Virus record (IMG/VR): IMGVR_UViG_3300044878_000051
Location: 30,031 to 94,030 of that record
Length of the DNA stretch: 64,000 nucleotides
DNA from: a virus
Reading direction: 5' to 3' (one strand)
The translations under genes were made by a program, and so were the position numbers. This document shows, in pieces, positions 46,891-57,997 of this stretch; within the stretch, counting starts at the first letter, position 1; each line of letters starts with the position of its first letter. A model generated the notes under the pieces. It worked only from the letters and a program-made list of their open reading frames with translations. It did no database searches and was not told where the DNA came from.

Positions 46891-47493
46891 TTACACCTTT
46901 TGGCGTAAGGCAGCTTTACCACGCACCACTTGCACGAACCCGTTATCGAGGGTCACGGACATGTGGGCTTCTTCACAACGGCGGACGTTCTCAGCATTGA
47001 GCGAGCCGTCTTGGTTGATCAGGCAACGGTGGATGCGTTCACCCAACAGCTTCAGCTCTTTGAGCGTAGGCTGTGCTTCTTTCGGGTAACCTTCAAGCAG
47101 GTATACGTGTTCGTAGAAAATACCGAAGTGGCGAATCATCACACCACATGGATCTTCCACAATCGTCTTTGGATCTGGCATGGTGGGTTTCCCTACGTGA
47201 GCCCAACGGTCCCGGAGTTCTTGCATAGCAAGCTTGGTGTTCTCTGGTCCCATCGCTTCAGCCAGCGCACGAGCCATCCCGTTCATGACACTCTCTTGAG
47301 TGAAGGTCACGTCAGGGTGGTCGGCCAGGTACTGTTCGAAGAACGATTTTGGTCGTTCATAGGTATCAGGGATCATCACACCACGAACTGGTTCATCACC
47401 AGTGAAGTTTGGAATCACGGACATACCGCAATCCATGATGCTGCTGAAATCGCAGGTGCTGCCGTCTTCTAAGACTTGGGTAGGATTATTCAT
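46891..47493 (-). CDS. Hypothetical protein
   Basis: 200 aa with a GGAG SD, flanked by terminators. Confidence 0.75.
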   Translation of the reverse strand: MNNPTQVLEDGSTCDFSSIMDCGMSVIPNFTGDEPVRGVMIPDTYERPKSFFEQYLADHPDVTFTQESVMNGMARALAEAMGPENTKLAMQELRDRWAHVGKPTMPDPKTIVEDPCGVMIRHFGIFYEHVYLLEGYPKEAQPTLKELKLLGERIHRCLINQDGSLNAENVRRCEEAHMSVTLDNGFVQVVRGKAALRQKV

Positions 47494-47568
47494 GCTGTGT
47501 CGCTCCAGTAAAAAAAGAAAACCACGAGAGCCCCGAAGGACTCCCGTAGCTATTAAGAACCAGTCCAG

Positions 47569-48180
47569 TTAGATGGATGATTCTTGGTTGTTGGCCAACT
47601 CGGACATGGCACGGTTGACGATGTCGTCAGGGCTTTCTACCACTGGCGCTTCAGCCGCAGGAACCGGCGTGGCGATTTGGTACAATGCTTGACGCAGCTC
47701 GTCAGTCAACTCAGCACCCAGTGTTCCGGGTACGTTGGTGCCGTGAACCACTTTCAGCAGGTCTTTGTCTACCGGCCCATGCGCTTTACCGCTGGCGGTG
47801 ACTTCATCGACTTGCTCCCAGACACGCTGGGTAAAGCCGGATTCTTTCAACTCGTGCTGCTCACACAGCCCGGCGACTTTGGCGATCTCACGATCCACAA
47901 CTTCCAGCGCCAGCGAGTCGTTGTCGTGATCGGCCATTTCACGGGCGGCGCTCAGCGAAACGATCTCAGCAACGATCCGGGACTTTGGCCAGTTCTTCAA
48001 CATGGTTTCCAGGACCGGACCTGGTTGGCTGCGAGGTACCACAGCCTGACGCCGAACGGCCACAGGGACTTTCGAAGGCCGCGAGGTCGGAGGGTTGTTG
48101 GTTGCGAAGATCGCTGCGACGATGGAGGCGTTAGCCGCGTACATGTTGGCGATGAGGTTGGTAGCGCGTACTGCTGTCAT
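47569..48180 (-). CDS. Hypothetical early protein
   Basis: 203 aa with an AAGGAG SD. Confidence 0.75.
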   Translation of the reverse strand: MTAVRATNLIANMYAANASIVAAIFATNNPPTSRPSKVPVAVRRQAVVPRSQPGPVLETMLKNWPKSRIVAEIVSLSAAREMADHDNDSLALEVVDREIAKVAGLCEQHELKESGFTQRVWEQVDEVTASGKAHGPVDKDLLKVVHGTNVPGTLGAELTDELRQALYQIATPVPAAEAPVVESPDDIVNRAMSELANNQESSI

Positions 48181-48251
48181 GGTGTCTCTCCTTAGAGAAG
48201 AAGGTTAGTAGGTAGAGCCAGCACCATTGCCGGCCCTACTATTGCGGGGTA

Positions 48252-49238
48252 TTACTTACCGTCTACGCGAACAAGGCACCACAGGGTGTTCTTGTCGAAA
48301 TCGCTGTAGTCGGCGATGCGGTCAGCCATGTCGTCTTCTTTGTTCATGATGTTACCGCCGACCGAGCAGGTGCTCAGTTCAACGCTACCATCTTCGTTCA
48401 GCTCAACTGGGTTGAGGCAGAACAGCTTACCGTCCATCAGAGCGACGACGTGCTCTTTGTGACCTGGCTTACCAAAGATCGCAACGTGCGACAGTTGGGT
48501 CATGTCACGACCATTGTTGTGGCCGTCTTTGATCAGGCCTTTAGCCGCCAGAACAGCTTCAAGCACTTTGCCATTGCGCGCACGGATCTTTTCGATCAGT
48601 GGGTTCATTGGCTTTTCTTCCTGGACAACAACCGGCTCGGTCAGCGAGATCATGTCAGCGATGAAGTCTTCTTGCTTGACCAGTTGACCCAGGGTTGGGT
48701 AGTTCCACTCGGTAACAACCGACTGGTAGTTCAGGCTGAACACGGCGTACATGCCATTGTGGCGAACTAGGACGTGAGTGGAACCATCATTGTGCAGGAA
48801 CGCCTTGTAAGCATCACCGGGAATCTTGTCCAGCAGAATTGCTTCCACAACAGCGTCAACCACAGCTTGGTTGATAACAGGTTGAGCGACTTCCATTTCA
48901 GCCTCCAGTGTTTCGAAAGGGATTACACCGATGATCTTGCCACCGAAAGAATCCCAGTAGGCAGCAGCGGCTTCTTCGATGTACGCATGCTTGTGACCAT
49001 CAACGTGACCAGCGAAGTGAGGGCTGGCTACACGATAGCCGCCTTCTTCACGAGCCTTGATTTCACGCAGCGGTGCTTCTTTACCGTCTTCCAGGTAAAC
49101 CAAAGTCAGTTGACCATCGGCAGCTTTGTAGATGCCCATGAAACCTTTGGTGACCAGTTCACCAGCGAAGTACACACCGTTGTTCTTGATGAACTGGGTG
49201 GCAACGCGTACAGCAACAACAGAATTAGTGGAGTTCAT
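48252..49238 (-). CDS. Hypothetical early protein
   Basis: 328 aa downstream of an early promoter. Confidence 0.8.
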   Translation of the reverse strand: MNSTNSVVAVRVATQFIKNNGVYFAGELVTKGFMGIYKAADGQLTLVYLEDGKEAPLREIKAREEGGYRVASPHFAGHVDGHKHAYIEEAAAAYWDSFGGKIIGVIPFETLEAEMEVAQPVINQAVVDAVVEAILLDKIPGDAYKAFLHNDGSTHVLVRHNGMYAVFSLNYQSVVTEWNYPTLGQLVKQEDFIADMISLTEPVVVQEEKPMNPLIEKIRARNGKVLEAVLAAKGLIKDGHNNGRDMTQLSHVAIFGKPGHKEHVVALMDGKLFCLNPVELNEDGSVELSTCSVGGNIMNKEDDMADRIADYSDFDKNTLWCLVRVDGK

Positions 49239-49298
49239 AGCGGTATTCCTTCTGAGGATAATAGATTGTGAACAAGATTTTCTATCCTATTCACCTGA

Positions 49299-49315
49299 GT
49301 AATATGTATCTGAGA
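49299..49315 (-). promoter_or_regulatory. Early-type promoter motif
   Basis: Minus strand TCTCAGATACATATTAC; flanks resemble the 40523 promoter. Confidence 0.65.
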
Positions 49316-49325
49316 TTTTTTTAAT

Positions 49326-49685
49326 TCAAGTTCTAGGCTTGTAGTACAAATCCAGTACAACCTTCACCGGATCGTTCACACAGCCAGCTTTGAGCATTAA
49401 GTAAAAGTCGGGGGTTTGTTCCAACCCTTCTTTCACTAGGTTTCGTAACAGTAGGCGCCGTAAGGCATACCCACCTAATGTCTCTGGCTCACAAAGCTGT
49501 AAGGCCAGATTGTACTTCCTCTCGAATTCTTCAATCTCTAATACCACTTTAACGGCGACTGGATCTACGTAACTACGACCTAACGTCCGTAATAGGCCAA
49601 GACGGATCTGTACATCTTCGTCAGCGTCAGCGATAACTGCAAGGGAATTAAACAACTGGCGAGTCTTTTCCTTTTGAGCGACCAT
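49326..49685 (-). CDS. Hypothetical early protein
   Basis: 119 aa with a GAGG SD. Confidence 0.7.
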   Translation of the reverse strand: MVAQKEKTRQLFNSLAVIADADEDVQIRLGLLRTLGRSYVDPVAVKVVLEIEEFERKYNLALQLCEPETLGGYALRRLLLRNLVKEGLEQTPDFYLMLKAGCVNDPVKVVLDLYYKPRT

Positions 49686-49728
49686 GATGTAACCTCACTT
49701 TAAGTGAAGAGGTAATTCTTGCACCATG

Positions 49729-49745
49729 GTAATATAGGTCTTAAA
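49729..49745 (-). promoter_or_regulatory. Early promoter (TATATTAC)
   Basis: Minus strand TTTAAGACCTATATTAC. Confidence 0.75.
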
Positions 49746-49799
49746 TACTTTTAAATGAGCGGTATTTTGTGACTACAGTTACTCCTGAGGAACGACGGC

Positions 49800-51026
49800 A
49801 TGTCTTCTAGTATTAAGGAGGTCTTCAAGCGTCAGCTCTCAGACCTCGAGCTTGACAGCAAGCTCGTTAAACGTTTGTCCCACTTCAAGCACGCCTTCAT
49901 CAACAAGAACGACGATCACATCAAGTTCTTCGGCGGTAACTTGCTGGGTGTGGAAGTAGTACGGTACCTGCAAGCTGACCGTGACGAATGGTTCAGCGAA
50001 GTCCTCGACGTGGATGACGTATCCTTGACTGAGGCCCTCTATTCGTTGGAGGTGATCAACGAGGAATACAAGCGGACTTCGGATGTGGTGAACTTGACCA
50101 GCATCTGGTTGCTCCACGCTCTCCACAACTCGAGCAAGCTTAGCTCTGCCGAGAAAGAGAAAGCGATGATCGACGTGGTGTACATGCTACAGGTGAAGTT
50201 TATCACCAGTATCTTTGCCCACTACTTTAAGTTCCCTGCGGACAAAGAGATTGCTCAGGCAGTCTACGAGTCCTTGAGCCGTAAGTACGCCCTCAAGCAA
50301 GCCGGTAGCTGGAACGCTTTGTTTACCGAACGTTCCAAAGACGTGATCGGACACAACAGCATTCACTTGAAGACCATCCAGCGGTTCGATGACGATGACG
50401 CGATCTTGTACATGATCACCGACATCCAAGGTCGTATCCGTGAAGTGGTCAAGAAGATGTACGCGGTGCTGATTCAGATGCGGGACAACAAAGACCGTAT
50501 CTCGAGTACCTCCAGTGTGGGTCTCACGACTGACGGTGAAGCGATCCTCAAAGACCGCCAGCGTAGCTTCTCGACGTACAAGCGTTACATCCACAGCATC
50601 ATCCCCGACCGACAGACGTTTATCCGGGATGAAGTGGTGTCTGTTATTACAGATGCCATGCACACTATGTCCCCGAAGTTATTTATCGACGTGCTGGAAC
50701 ATTGTAGTGCAAACTACGGTAAAGCTGCGCACGCTGAGATCGGCGACCTCTGTGATGAAACGCTACTCCATGCTTTTGAGTTCTTGTCTACCAACCGTTC
50801 GCTGTTGCGTAACCAAGGTGACTTGAGCAAACTGTTGACCCGTCTGCGTTCGCTGTATATGGCGTCCCGAATGGTTGACCCTGTCTTGCTGAAGATGCGT
50901 GACCTAGCTGACTCTATTGTGGCGAAGTCTTCGATCAGTAAGAACAAAGCTATGCAAGCCAGTCTACGGACGGGTCTGGAGTTGTACATCGTCCTGCGCA
51001 CCTTTACCATGAACTTCTACTCGTGA
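49800..51026 (+). CDS. Conserved virion structural protein (possibly phiKZ gp32-like)
   Basis: NKNDDHIKFFGGNLLGV motif, as recalled for the family; located near the terminase. Confidence 0.65.
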   Translation: MSSSIKEVFKRQLSDLELDSKLVKRLSHFKHAFINKNDDHIKFFGGNLLGVEVVRYLQADRDEWFSEVLDVDDVSLTEALYSLEVINEEYKRTSDVVNLTSIWLLHALHNSSKLSSAEKEKAMIDVVYMLQVKFITSIFAHYFKFPADKEIAQAVYESLSRKYALKQAGSWNALFTERSKDVIGHNSIHLKTIQRFDDDDAILYMITDIQGRIREVVKKMYAVLIQMRDNKDRISSTSSVGLTTDGEAILKDRQRSFSTYKRYIHSIIPDRQTFIRDEVVSVITDAMHTMSPKLFIDVLEHCSANYGKAAHAEIGDLCDETLLHAFEFLSTNRSLLRNQGDLSKLLTRLRSLYMASRMVDPVLLKMRDLADSIVAKSSISKNKAMQASLRTGLELYIVLRTFTMNFYS

Positions 51027-51033
51027 GGCCGTA

Positions 51034-51399
51034 ATGTTGGGAATCGTCAAGGCACTTGGAACCCAGTTCAATTCTGAAACGACAGAAACGATGCTCCTTA
51101 TGGAACGTCTTCCGCATGGTGCAGAGCTTCGCCGTATGGTCAAGTACACCAGGTTGGTAATCAAACGTCGTCGTAAGACTGAAGAAGTCTCGTTGTTCTG
51201 GTTCAATAAAGTTAAGGTGTCTTGGCATATCGACTACTTCGTGGTTCACTACCTCAAAGATGGTCGATTCCTAAGTTACTCTAAACGAGAACACGATGCT
51301 CCGATGTCCCTCGACACAATGGAATCGCTGTATCAGGACTCCTTGGTGGTCGTCAAGAGGCAACTGGAATCGGAAGGGGTGTGGCCTTCCATTTGTTAA
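51034..51399 (+). CDS. Hypothetical protein
   Basis: 121 aa with a GAGG SD. Confidence 0.65.
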   Translation: MLGIVKALGTQFNSETTETMLLMERLPHGAELRRMVKYTRLVIKRRRKTEEVSLFWFNKVKVSWHIDYFVVHYLKDGRFLSYSKREHDAPMSLDTMESLYQDSLVVVKRQLESEGVWPSIC

Positions 51400-51439
51400 G
51401 CGCATAACGAGGGAGGCCCTAGGCCTCCCTCTATGCCGT

Positions 51440-53650
51440 CTATCGACGCATCAGTGCTTGCCAGTGACTGGTATCTCGTTTGGTCGAGTTACCGCCCCAG
51501 TTGATTCCCTTCTGGAAGAAATCGCTTTGGGTAAGTCGCTGTGACTTCTGGTTACGAGCCATCCGTTCATCAGCAGCACGTTTGATCAAGGAGTCCATGT
51601 TAGTGATCTCCTCCGTGTCTTCCACGATCCGTGTACTCAAGAACCGTAGACGTGCCTCACACTTAGTTACCGTGAAGGTGTCGTTGGCATCCGTGAGTTG
51701 TTGATACAGATCGTCGATTTCCTTGCGGAACAACTTCTGTACCTGTCGTTCGTAGATCTCTTCCTGAGTCATCTGCTTGCTGTTGTCACTAACCCCAATC
51801 ATGACCTGACTGCGGTCGATACCGTAGAACTCGAGGTTCTTCCCGATCGTGAGCAACCAGTTCGCCAACAGCCACGCGACTACCGTGTCGTCGTGCCCAG
51901 AAGCTTCGTGGTCAATCCGCCCCCGTTTCACTACCAACGCTCGGATCTCTCCTGACAGCACCTTGTCCCTCACCAAGTGACCTGCCTTCTTCGCCGCGTT
52001 CTGCAACACAGTGGAGTAGAGGGTCATCCGGGATTCAGCCGAGGTGTTGAAACCAAAGTACTTCTTGGTCGTGTCGTAGAACGACGTCGTCCGAGCAGAA
52101 GCCGGTTTGGAGATCTCTTTAAACAGATCAGGCTTCTCGTTCGCTTCATCCACGATACGGTTGAAGATACGACGGAATGGGTCGATACCGTGTTTCGGCA
52201 GAATCATCAACAGGGCGTCAACGATCATCTGGCCAGTCGACTTCTTCTCTGGGATCAAGGTCATGTTTGGATACTTAACCAAGATCTCAGCCAGCGCATT
52301 CGAGAACCGAATCAAGTTGGTTTCGTTCACAGTGAACGCACCGACCACCGAGAGATCCCGTGCAGAGATAATCACCCCTGCAATGGCGTCTCGTCCCACG
52401 GCTTCTGAAGTATCGAGACCGAGGATAAACTGATCGTTGCGTTTGGCCGCTTCGAGTTCCTGCTCGTCCAAGTACCAACGGATGCAGTACAGCTCTTTCG
52501 TGATCTCGGTGTACTTCACGTCTCGAATCGAGTCGCGGATCTTTTCGTTGAGTGCTGGAGTGAGTGGAGAACTCTGTGTACCAGAAGTCCATACGTTGAA
52601 GAAGTCACGGTCAGCCGCCTCACCAAACGAGGAAGCCTGTGCCATCGCTTCGTATAGCCATTCATCCGTGTAACCCAATTGTCGATGACTGAAGGTGGCG
52701 TTGATCATCAACTTACGTCCAGCGCAGTTGACTTTAACCATTTGCTTCAGAGCGTCAATGTCCACACAGTCGTAGAACAGTTCTGTCCACGAAGCCGCAC
52801 CGTGGATCATGTCGTACATGAACTTACCGTCACGGTCGTCCTTCTTACCGGCGGTTGTGGTAAAGATGTTGCCGTGTGGTCGACCGTATTGCTTGGCCTC
52901 AGCACGAGCAGTGGTAGCAGCAGCCAGTGCAGCAGGCAGCGTAGTACCGATGTGGTTAATGAAGGGACCTTCGTCGATGTGGGTGATCGGAGCAGTCAAA
53001 CCCCGACCCAAGTTGTTTGCAGTGGACTCAGAGTTTTGTGCCACACCGGTGGTGTACTGGTTATCGTGAGTCTTACAAGTCACCTCGAATTGGTTGTCCG
53101 AGTCGTCGCGATGTTTCGGTACCAAGTACTGCGGTAGAAGGTCACGCAGCTTCTTGATACGCTCCACGTTCTTCTTACGCAGACCGTCGTCCTTCGTGAT
53201 CATGTTGATGATGGAGTTACCAGCACCAATGAACAGCAGCCACAACATCACACAGTCAGTAGATACCGATTTACCAGTCTGACGTGGTTGGATCAACGCG
53301 ATGTCGATGCTATTAAGGAACGCCCAGGTAATCGCAATGTTACCCCGGTTAGCTTTGTACTGGATCGGGTTAGGACCAGACACCGGAGGAATCCGTACGA
53401 CTTCACGCAGGAAGTACCAGATGTTGTACCGACACTCAATACCGATAGCGATCTTGGTCGCATCAGAGAGAATGGCGGAATGTGGATCGACCCCTTTGAG
53501 GTCTTGGTTAATCAGTGCTAGTGGAAAAAACCGGTTCTGAATCTTCATTTCCCCATAGAGGGAAACCAGTCTCAGGAAGGACTCGTTCTTCGTATCGAAG
53601 TCCGGTCGAGCTGTTGTAAACCGATTCCAATCTTTGGCAAATAGAATCAT
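51440..53650 (-). CDS. terL: Terminase large subunit (phiKZ gp25-like)
   Basis: Walker A PRQTGKS, Walker B THIDE, coupling motif TTT, nuclease LGLDTS and HDD. Confidence 0.95.
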   Translation of the reverse strand: MILFAKDWNRFTTARPDFDTKNESFLRLVSLYGEMKIQNRFFPLALINQDLKGVDPHSAILSDATKIAIGIECRYNIWYFLREVVRIPPVSGPNPIQYKANRGNIAITWAFLNSIDIALIQPRQTGKSVSTDCVMLWLLFIGAGNSIINMITKDDGLRKKNVERIKKLRDLLPQYLVPKHRDDSDNQFEVTCKTHDNQYTTGVAQNSESTANNLGRGLTAPITHIDEGPFINHIGTTLPAALAAATTARAEAKQYGRPHGNIFTTTAGKKDDRDGKFMYDMIHGAASWTELFYDCVDIDALKQMVKVNCAGRKLMINATFSHRQLGYTDEWLYEAMAQASSFGEAADRDFFNVWTSGTQSSPLTPALNEKIRDSIRDVKYTEITKELYCIRWYLDEQELEAAKRNDQFILGLDTSEAVGRDAIAGVIISARDLSVVGAFTVNETNLIRFSNALAEILVKYPNMTLIPEKKSTGQMIVDALLMILPKHGIDPFRRIFNRIVDEANEKPDLFKEISKPASARTTSFYDTTKKYFGFNTSAESRMTLYSTVLQNAAKKAGHLVRDKVLSGEIRALVVKRGRIDHEASGHDDTVVAWLLANWLLTIGKNLEFYGIDRSQVMIGVSDNSKQMTQEEIYERQVQKLFRKEIDDLYQQLTDANDTFTVTKCEARLRFLSTRIVEDTEEITNMDSLIKRAADERMARNQKSQRLTQSDFFQKGINWGGNSTKRDTSHWQALMRR

Positions 53651-53735
53651 GGGAGAACCCTTGGGTAGAGGGAGATAATCATAGGTATATCCCAAGGGGC
53701 ATAAACGGGAGCCGAAGCCCCCGCCTATGTTGACC

Positions 53736-55424
53736 TTACGCTGACGCGTCTACTTGCAGGGTAATCATACCACCCATGCCCAACTGAAGATCGCCTTCAG
53801 CCAACCGACGGATGAAGCGAATGAACAACGGTTCGCCATCTTTCGGGACATCAGGTACCAACAGTTGTGTGTTCCAACGGTCGATCGGGAACGTGTACTC
53901 GTGAGTACCGATCATCAACACGAAGTGGTTAGGCTCCGGTGCTTGAATCTCAGACTGAGTATTGATCAACGGTTCCGCGTTGTAGAACACTTTCTTCAAC
54001 CAGGTCGATTGCAGGTCAATCCCGCAGTCGATTTTCAGCTTCCAGTTGTTGACGTTCACGAACGTAGAGATAGCCCGCAGACCACGACCGTACAGTTCCG
54101 GCTGGCTTTCCGAGTACTCGATGTTCCAGCCGTTACTGATCTCGTTGCCCGGTGCGAGCAGTGCGATACCAACACGCTGAGAGTGACGCCAGTTGCTGTA
54201 GCCGGAGTCGATGTCGTTCATGTTCAGACCGACGTCCACCCGTTGAATCGGACCGTAAGCAGTCGGATCGAATGGGGCGGAGTTCACACCGAACGTCACC
54301 AGTGAAGTGACCTCGAGGAAGTCGGAACGGTTCAGGTTGAACAGGAACCAGCGCAGCTTGTAGCCCAAGACTGCATCCACCCACTGAGGGAAGCAGAACA
54401 GCTTGACCGAGTACGCACCATCGAGACGAGTAGTGGTTGCCCAATACGGTTGCGACAGGTGCTTCTGCAAGTTCGCTGAAGAGCCGTAGACGTACTCATC
54501 CGGAGAGAGCTTGTACGACAAGGCCAACTCGATCTTCTGCCCCACAATCGACGCAATGAAGTTCTGGAGGCCATACAGGTTGAACTTAGTGCCATCAACC
54601 GGCATGATCTTCTTCGAACCGTCACTGTAGGTCACAACACCCCGAGCGTTGAGTGCTTCGACTGGCATGTTGATAGCGAACTTCAACAGACTGTCGTCGC
54701 CTTCCGAGATAAACGGAGACTCGAGGTGAATGCTGGTGATGAACCGCTTCGACGCGTCCGTGGTACGGATGAACGCCGTGTTCATAACCAACAGCTTGGC
54801 CAGAGACGTTACGTTGCCGACATCGTCGTACATCACGACGGTTACGACTTCGTTGTCTGGAAGCTTCTGACTGGTGTAACCAACCATCGGGGTTTTCACC
54901 GCGTAGTTGATTGCCGACGGAACGCCCGACTGTGGGTTGTTCGGCATCTGTACCAGTTCGAGTGGGATGTTCTCCCCGAGCAAAGTACCACCTTGGTCAT
55001 ACATCGCCGAGATGACTTTGGACTCGTCACTGATGTCAGTGCCCCAGAACACTTTGATCTGGCTCACAGTCGTACCGTAAACCCGCAGACGCGAGTCGAT
55101 GGCCAGAACGTGAGGAACCACAGAAGTGTCCAGATACACCCGGTAGGATTCCGACTGGTAGCCAGGACCCACACCCAACAGGATGTCTTCCTCGGATACA
55201 GACTCACCGACGTTCGGTGGAATGTACTGAACCAGTTGACTCAGACCAGTTTGCAGGTTGGCGCCTACACAACGCCACAGACCTGTGTCCCAGTCCCAGA
55301 CTTCGTCGTTGATGTTCGGTACATAACGACCGGTACCGTTAGGCCCCGTGTAAATTTCATGCTTTTGCCACCGCGTGGGACCCCGGTTGGGATCGCTAAC
55401 GGGGATAATAGCCACATCACTCAT
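53736..55424 (-). CDS. Virion structural protein (phiKZ gp26-like, probably baseplate)
   Basis: Synteny between the terminase and the sheath gene. Confidence 0.75.
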   Translation of the reverse strand: MSDVAIIPVSDPNRGPTRWQKHEIYTGPNGTGRYVPNINDEVWDWDTGLWRCVGANLQTGLSQLVQYIPPNVGESVSEEDILLGVGPGYQSESYRVYLDTSVVPHVLAIDSRLRVYGTTVSQIKVFWGTDISDESKVISAMYDQGGTLLGENIPLELVQMPNNPQSGVPSAINYAVKTPMVGYTSQKLPDNEVVTVVMYDDVGNVTSLAKLLVMNTAFIRTTDASKRFITSIHLESPFISEGDDSLLKFAINMPVEALNARGVVTYSDGSKKIMPVDGTKFNLYGLQNFIASIVGQKIELALSYKLSPDEYVYGSSANLQKHLSQPYWATTTRLDGAYSVKLFCFPQWVDAVLGYKLRWFLFNLNRSDFLEVTSLVTFGVNSAPFDPTAYGPIQRVDVGLNMNDIDSGYSNWRHSQRVGIALLAPGNEISNGWNIEYSESQPELYGRGLRAISTFVNVNNWKLKIDCGIDLQSTWLKKVFYNAEPLINTQSEIQAPEPNHFVLMIGTHEYTFPIDRWNTQLLVPDVPKDGEPLFIRFIRRLAEGDLQLGMGGMITLQVDASA

Positions 55425-55426
55425 GG

Positions 55427-57997
55427 TTAGACCCATCCGTCTTTGATAGAGATAAAGTGACTGATGTCAACTTTAGACTCAAGGTAGTAGGCAATGGCCC
55501 GGTTCAGGAAGTTGTACTGGTAGATGTTCAACTCCACTTCGTACGACAGGTGGTGAGGGTGGATACTCACGTAGCGCTCGTCAACGTCCCGCTTACACGG
55601 ATCAAATGGCAACAGGTACTCGTAACTGGCCAACCAGCGTCTGATGTCGACGTCACCGTAGTAACCCGTCATCTGCTCGTCCCAGATCGCACCATTGATC
55701 AAGTCAAACATCACCTTGCACGCAAACGGGCTGAACACCTCGTAACGCTCTGGGATGATATTCGGAACAGTGATCACCGGCTCTGGTAACTTCAGCGTCA
55801 TGTAGTCGGAGAGGGCTTGGTCGATGACCTGAGACTTCTTCCGTAACGAGTAGGTGTTCTCGTTGACCAGATTACGCAGTGGAACCACCACGTCATCAAT
55901 CACGTACGGACTGCCGTTCTTCACGACTTCCGTTAGATACACACCACTGTGATCCTCAGCGAACTTGAGGTTGTCACGAGCCAAGGTCTTACCACGCACC
56001 ACCATCCGCATGACTTTGTCGTCACGAATGTCGAAGCGTTTGTTACGACTGAGCAAACCGTTTTCCACAAACCCGAACTCAGCAGCCGGCTCCATCGACA
56101 TGTCGTCATCAGGGAAGCCAGTCACGCGAACCACGATGTTCTGGGTCGGTCCGTCCACTAGGAACTCGCGGTTCACCAGTGTCACAAAGGGCCAGTTCAA
56201 GTAGTAGTCCAACCCTTCGATCAGGGCGTGACGATTCAAGAACAGTTCCAGTTTACCCATCCGCAGGTTCATGTCCTGCTTGTAGAAGTTACCGTCCGAA
56301 CGCTTCTCGGTCACCTTGATCGGGAAGTAGTACAACCCATCCGATGCCGTGATGTCCTGACTGTAGGTCACGAACTTACGGTCGTTACGCACAGCCGTGT
56401 ACCAGCTCACACGGTTCAACAGCCAGATCACCTTGCCATCAACGAAGGTGTAGTCTGTGCCCTCAATTGCCGACACCCAGTTATACGACGGCGTACCAGC
56501 CACCATCGTGCACTTGTAGTACCGGTAGTTGTAGACCGGGTCGATCGTGGACTGAGCAACGTTGTAGATGGTGTCCAGGCTATCTGAAGCAATCCCCACC
56601 AGCCCTTCAATCAACCGGCAGTTGTCGTTTCGAGGATTGTAATACACCCCCGAGACGTGTGGGTAGTAACCGAGCAGCAACCCGTCTTCGTCGAACTCGT
56701 AGCAAGTCGCGTCGTACTGCAAAGCGTAAGGCATCATCGCAAAGCGGTCATCGTTCAAGATGGTTACTTTCTGCGGTGTGTCGGCCACCAGTTTACTGAT
56801 AGCGTTATAGCCGTACGCGTTCTGCACCAACTCACGAGTGATCCCAGGACCCAAGTCGCGCATGATCTTCGGATACATTGCTGCTTCCAAGTTATCAGCA
56901 CGCCACACGTCCACGGTCGACTCCACACCCAGCATGGCTTTGGTGATGTCAGCAGGCTTGAGTTTGTACAACTCTTTAATGCGGGAGTTCTCGTTCACCA
57001 GCGGTCGTTTCCAACCAGACTCACGAATGCACAACCGAACCGTGATGTCGCCCACGTTGGTCCAGCCAGGCTTAGCCGCCACGAAACCAGCCACGTACGG
57101 AACTACAATGGAGTAGTCCTTGTGCGTAACCATGCGCATCGAGTCTTCCTGATTCTTGTGGTGATACACACCCTCGAAGCGACCGTTGGTCTCTTTCTTG
57201 ATCAGGTAGATGTCGATGTCATCGCGGTAATCAATCGTGTCTTGCTGCGTGTCGGTGTAGTGAAGCAGGTACTTGTACTTCGTGTCCACCAGACTGTTGA
57301 ACGTACTGAGGTCACTGATCTTCAAGTCGACCACACGACGAATCGTGGAATCGTAGACGTATTCAACCACGTCCCCTACCGCAAAGCGATCAGGCTGGAA
57401 GTCGTCGATCAGATACCCGTTCTTGTAAGCAAAGGTGTGTCCGATCTTGGCTTGCCACTTCTTGAAGTCCCGCTGGAAGTTCAGCAGCTTAGCCCGGTCG
57501 CCATCGTAGGTGTAACCGTCAATGGAGACGGTGTTCTCGATGTTGTACGAACGGTCAGAAGCGAAGTAGGCGTTGGAGTAGACCCGGAAGAACACGGGCT
57601 TGTTGTACAGGCTATCAAATTGCCCGTTACGCTTAATGGCGATCACGAGGTTACGATCACCCATCACTTGGAGATACGCCAAGTGGCGAGGAATCTGAAC
57701 ACCGTCGACGTTGTACAGATCCACCATCATCTTCGCCTTGTTGCAGACGGTAGAGAATGGCGTCCAGGTCTTCCACGAGTTGATCAACCCGAGGAGCTTA
57801 GGATGGATCTGTCCAATCCAGTAAACGTTGTACAAGTTGGTGCGGTCTGGCAACACGATGGTCTGCCATTCCACATCAACCAAACGAGCTTGACCATAAG
57901 GCCCAGTGATGTGAGCCAAACGGTAGATGTATTGATAGTCCTGATCGGGAGTGCACCAGACATTGTCCAGCGCGTGCTCAATCAAGAAATCAGACAT
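55427..57997 (-). CDS. Virion structural protein (phiKZ gp27-like, probably baseplate)
   Basis: 856 aa, N-terminal NVWCTPDQD; synteny. Confidence 0.75.
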   Translation of the reverse strand: MSDFLIEHALDNVWCTPDQDYQYIYRLAHITGPYGQARLVDVEWQTIVLPDRTNLYNVYWIGQIHPKLLGLINSWKTWTPFSTVCNKAKMMVDLYNVDGVQIPRHLAYLQVMGDRNLVIAIKRNGQFDSLYNKPVFFRVYSNAYFASDRSYNIENTVSIDGYTYDGDRAKLLNFQRDFKKWQAKIGHTFAYKNGYLIDDFQPDRFAVGDVVEYVYDSTIRRVVDLKISDLSTFNSLVDTKYKYLLHYTDTQQDTIDYRDDIDIYLIKKETNGRFEGVYHHKNQEDSMRMVTHKDYSIVVPYVAGFVAAKPGWTNVGDITVRLCIRESGWKRPLVNENSRIKELYKLKPADITKAMLGVESTVDVWRADNLEAAMYPKIMRDLGPGITRELVQNAYGYNAISKLVADTPQKVTILNDDRFAMMPYALQYDATCYEFDEDGLLLGYYPHVSGVYYNPRNDNCRLIEGLVGIASDSLDTIYNVAQSTIDPVYNYRYYKCTMVAGTPSYNWVSAIEGTDYTFVDGKVIWLLNRVSWYTAVRNDRKFVTYSQDITASDGLYYFPIKVTEKRSDGNFYKQDMNLRMGKLELFLNRHALIEGLDYYLNWPFVTLVNREFLVDGPTQNIVVRVTGFPDDDMSMEPAAEFGFVENGLLSRNKRFDIRDDKVMRMVVRGKTLARDNLKFAEDHSGVYLTEVVKNGSPYVIDDVVVPLRNLVNENTYSLRKKSQVIDQALSDYMTLKLPEPVITVPNIIPERYEVFSPFACKVMFDLINGAIWDEQMTGYYGDVDIRRWLASYEYLLPFDPCKRDVDERYVSIHPHHLSYEVELNIYQYNFLNRAIAYYLESKVDISHFISIKDGWV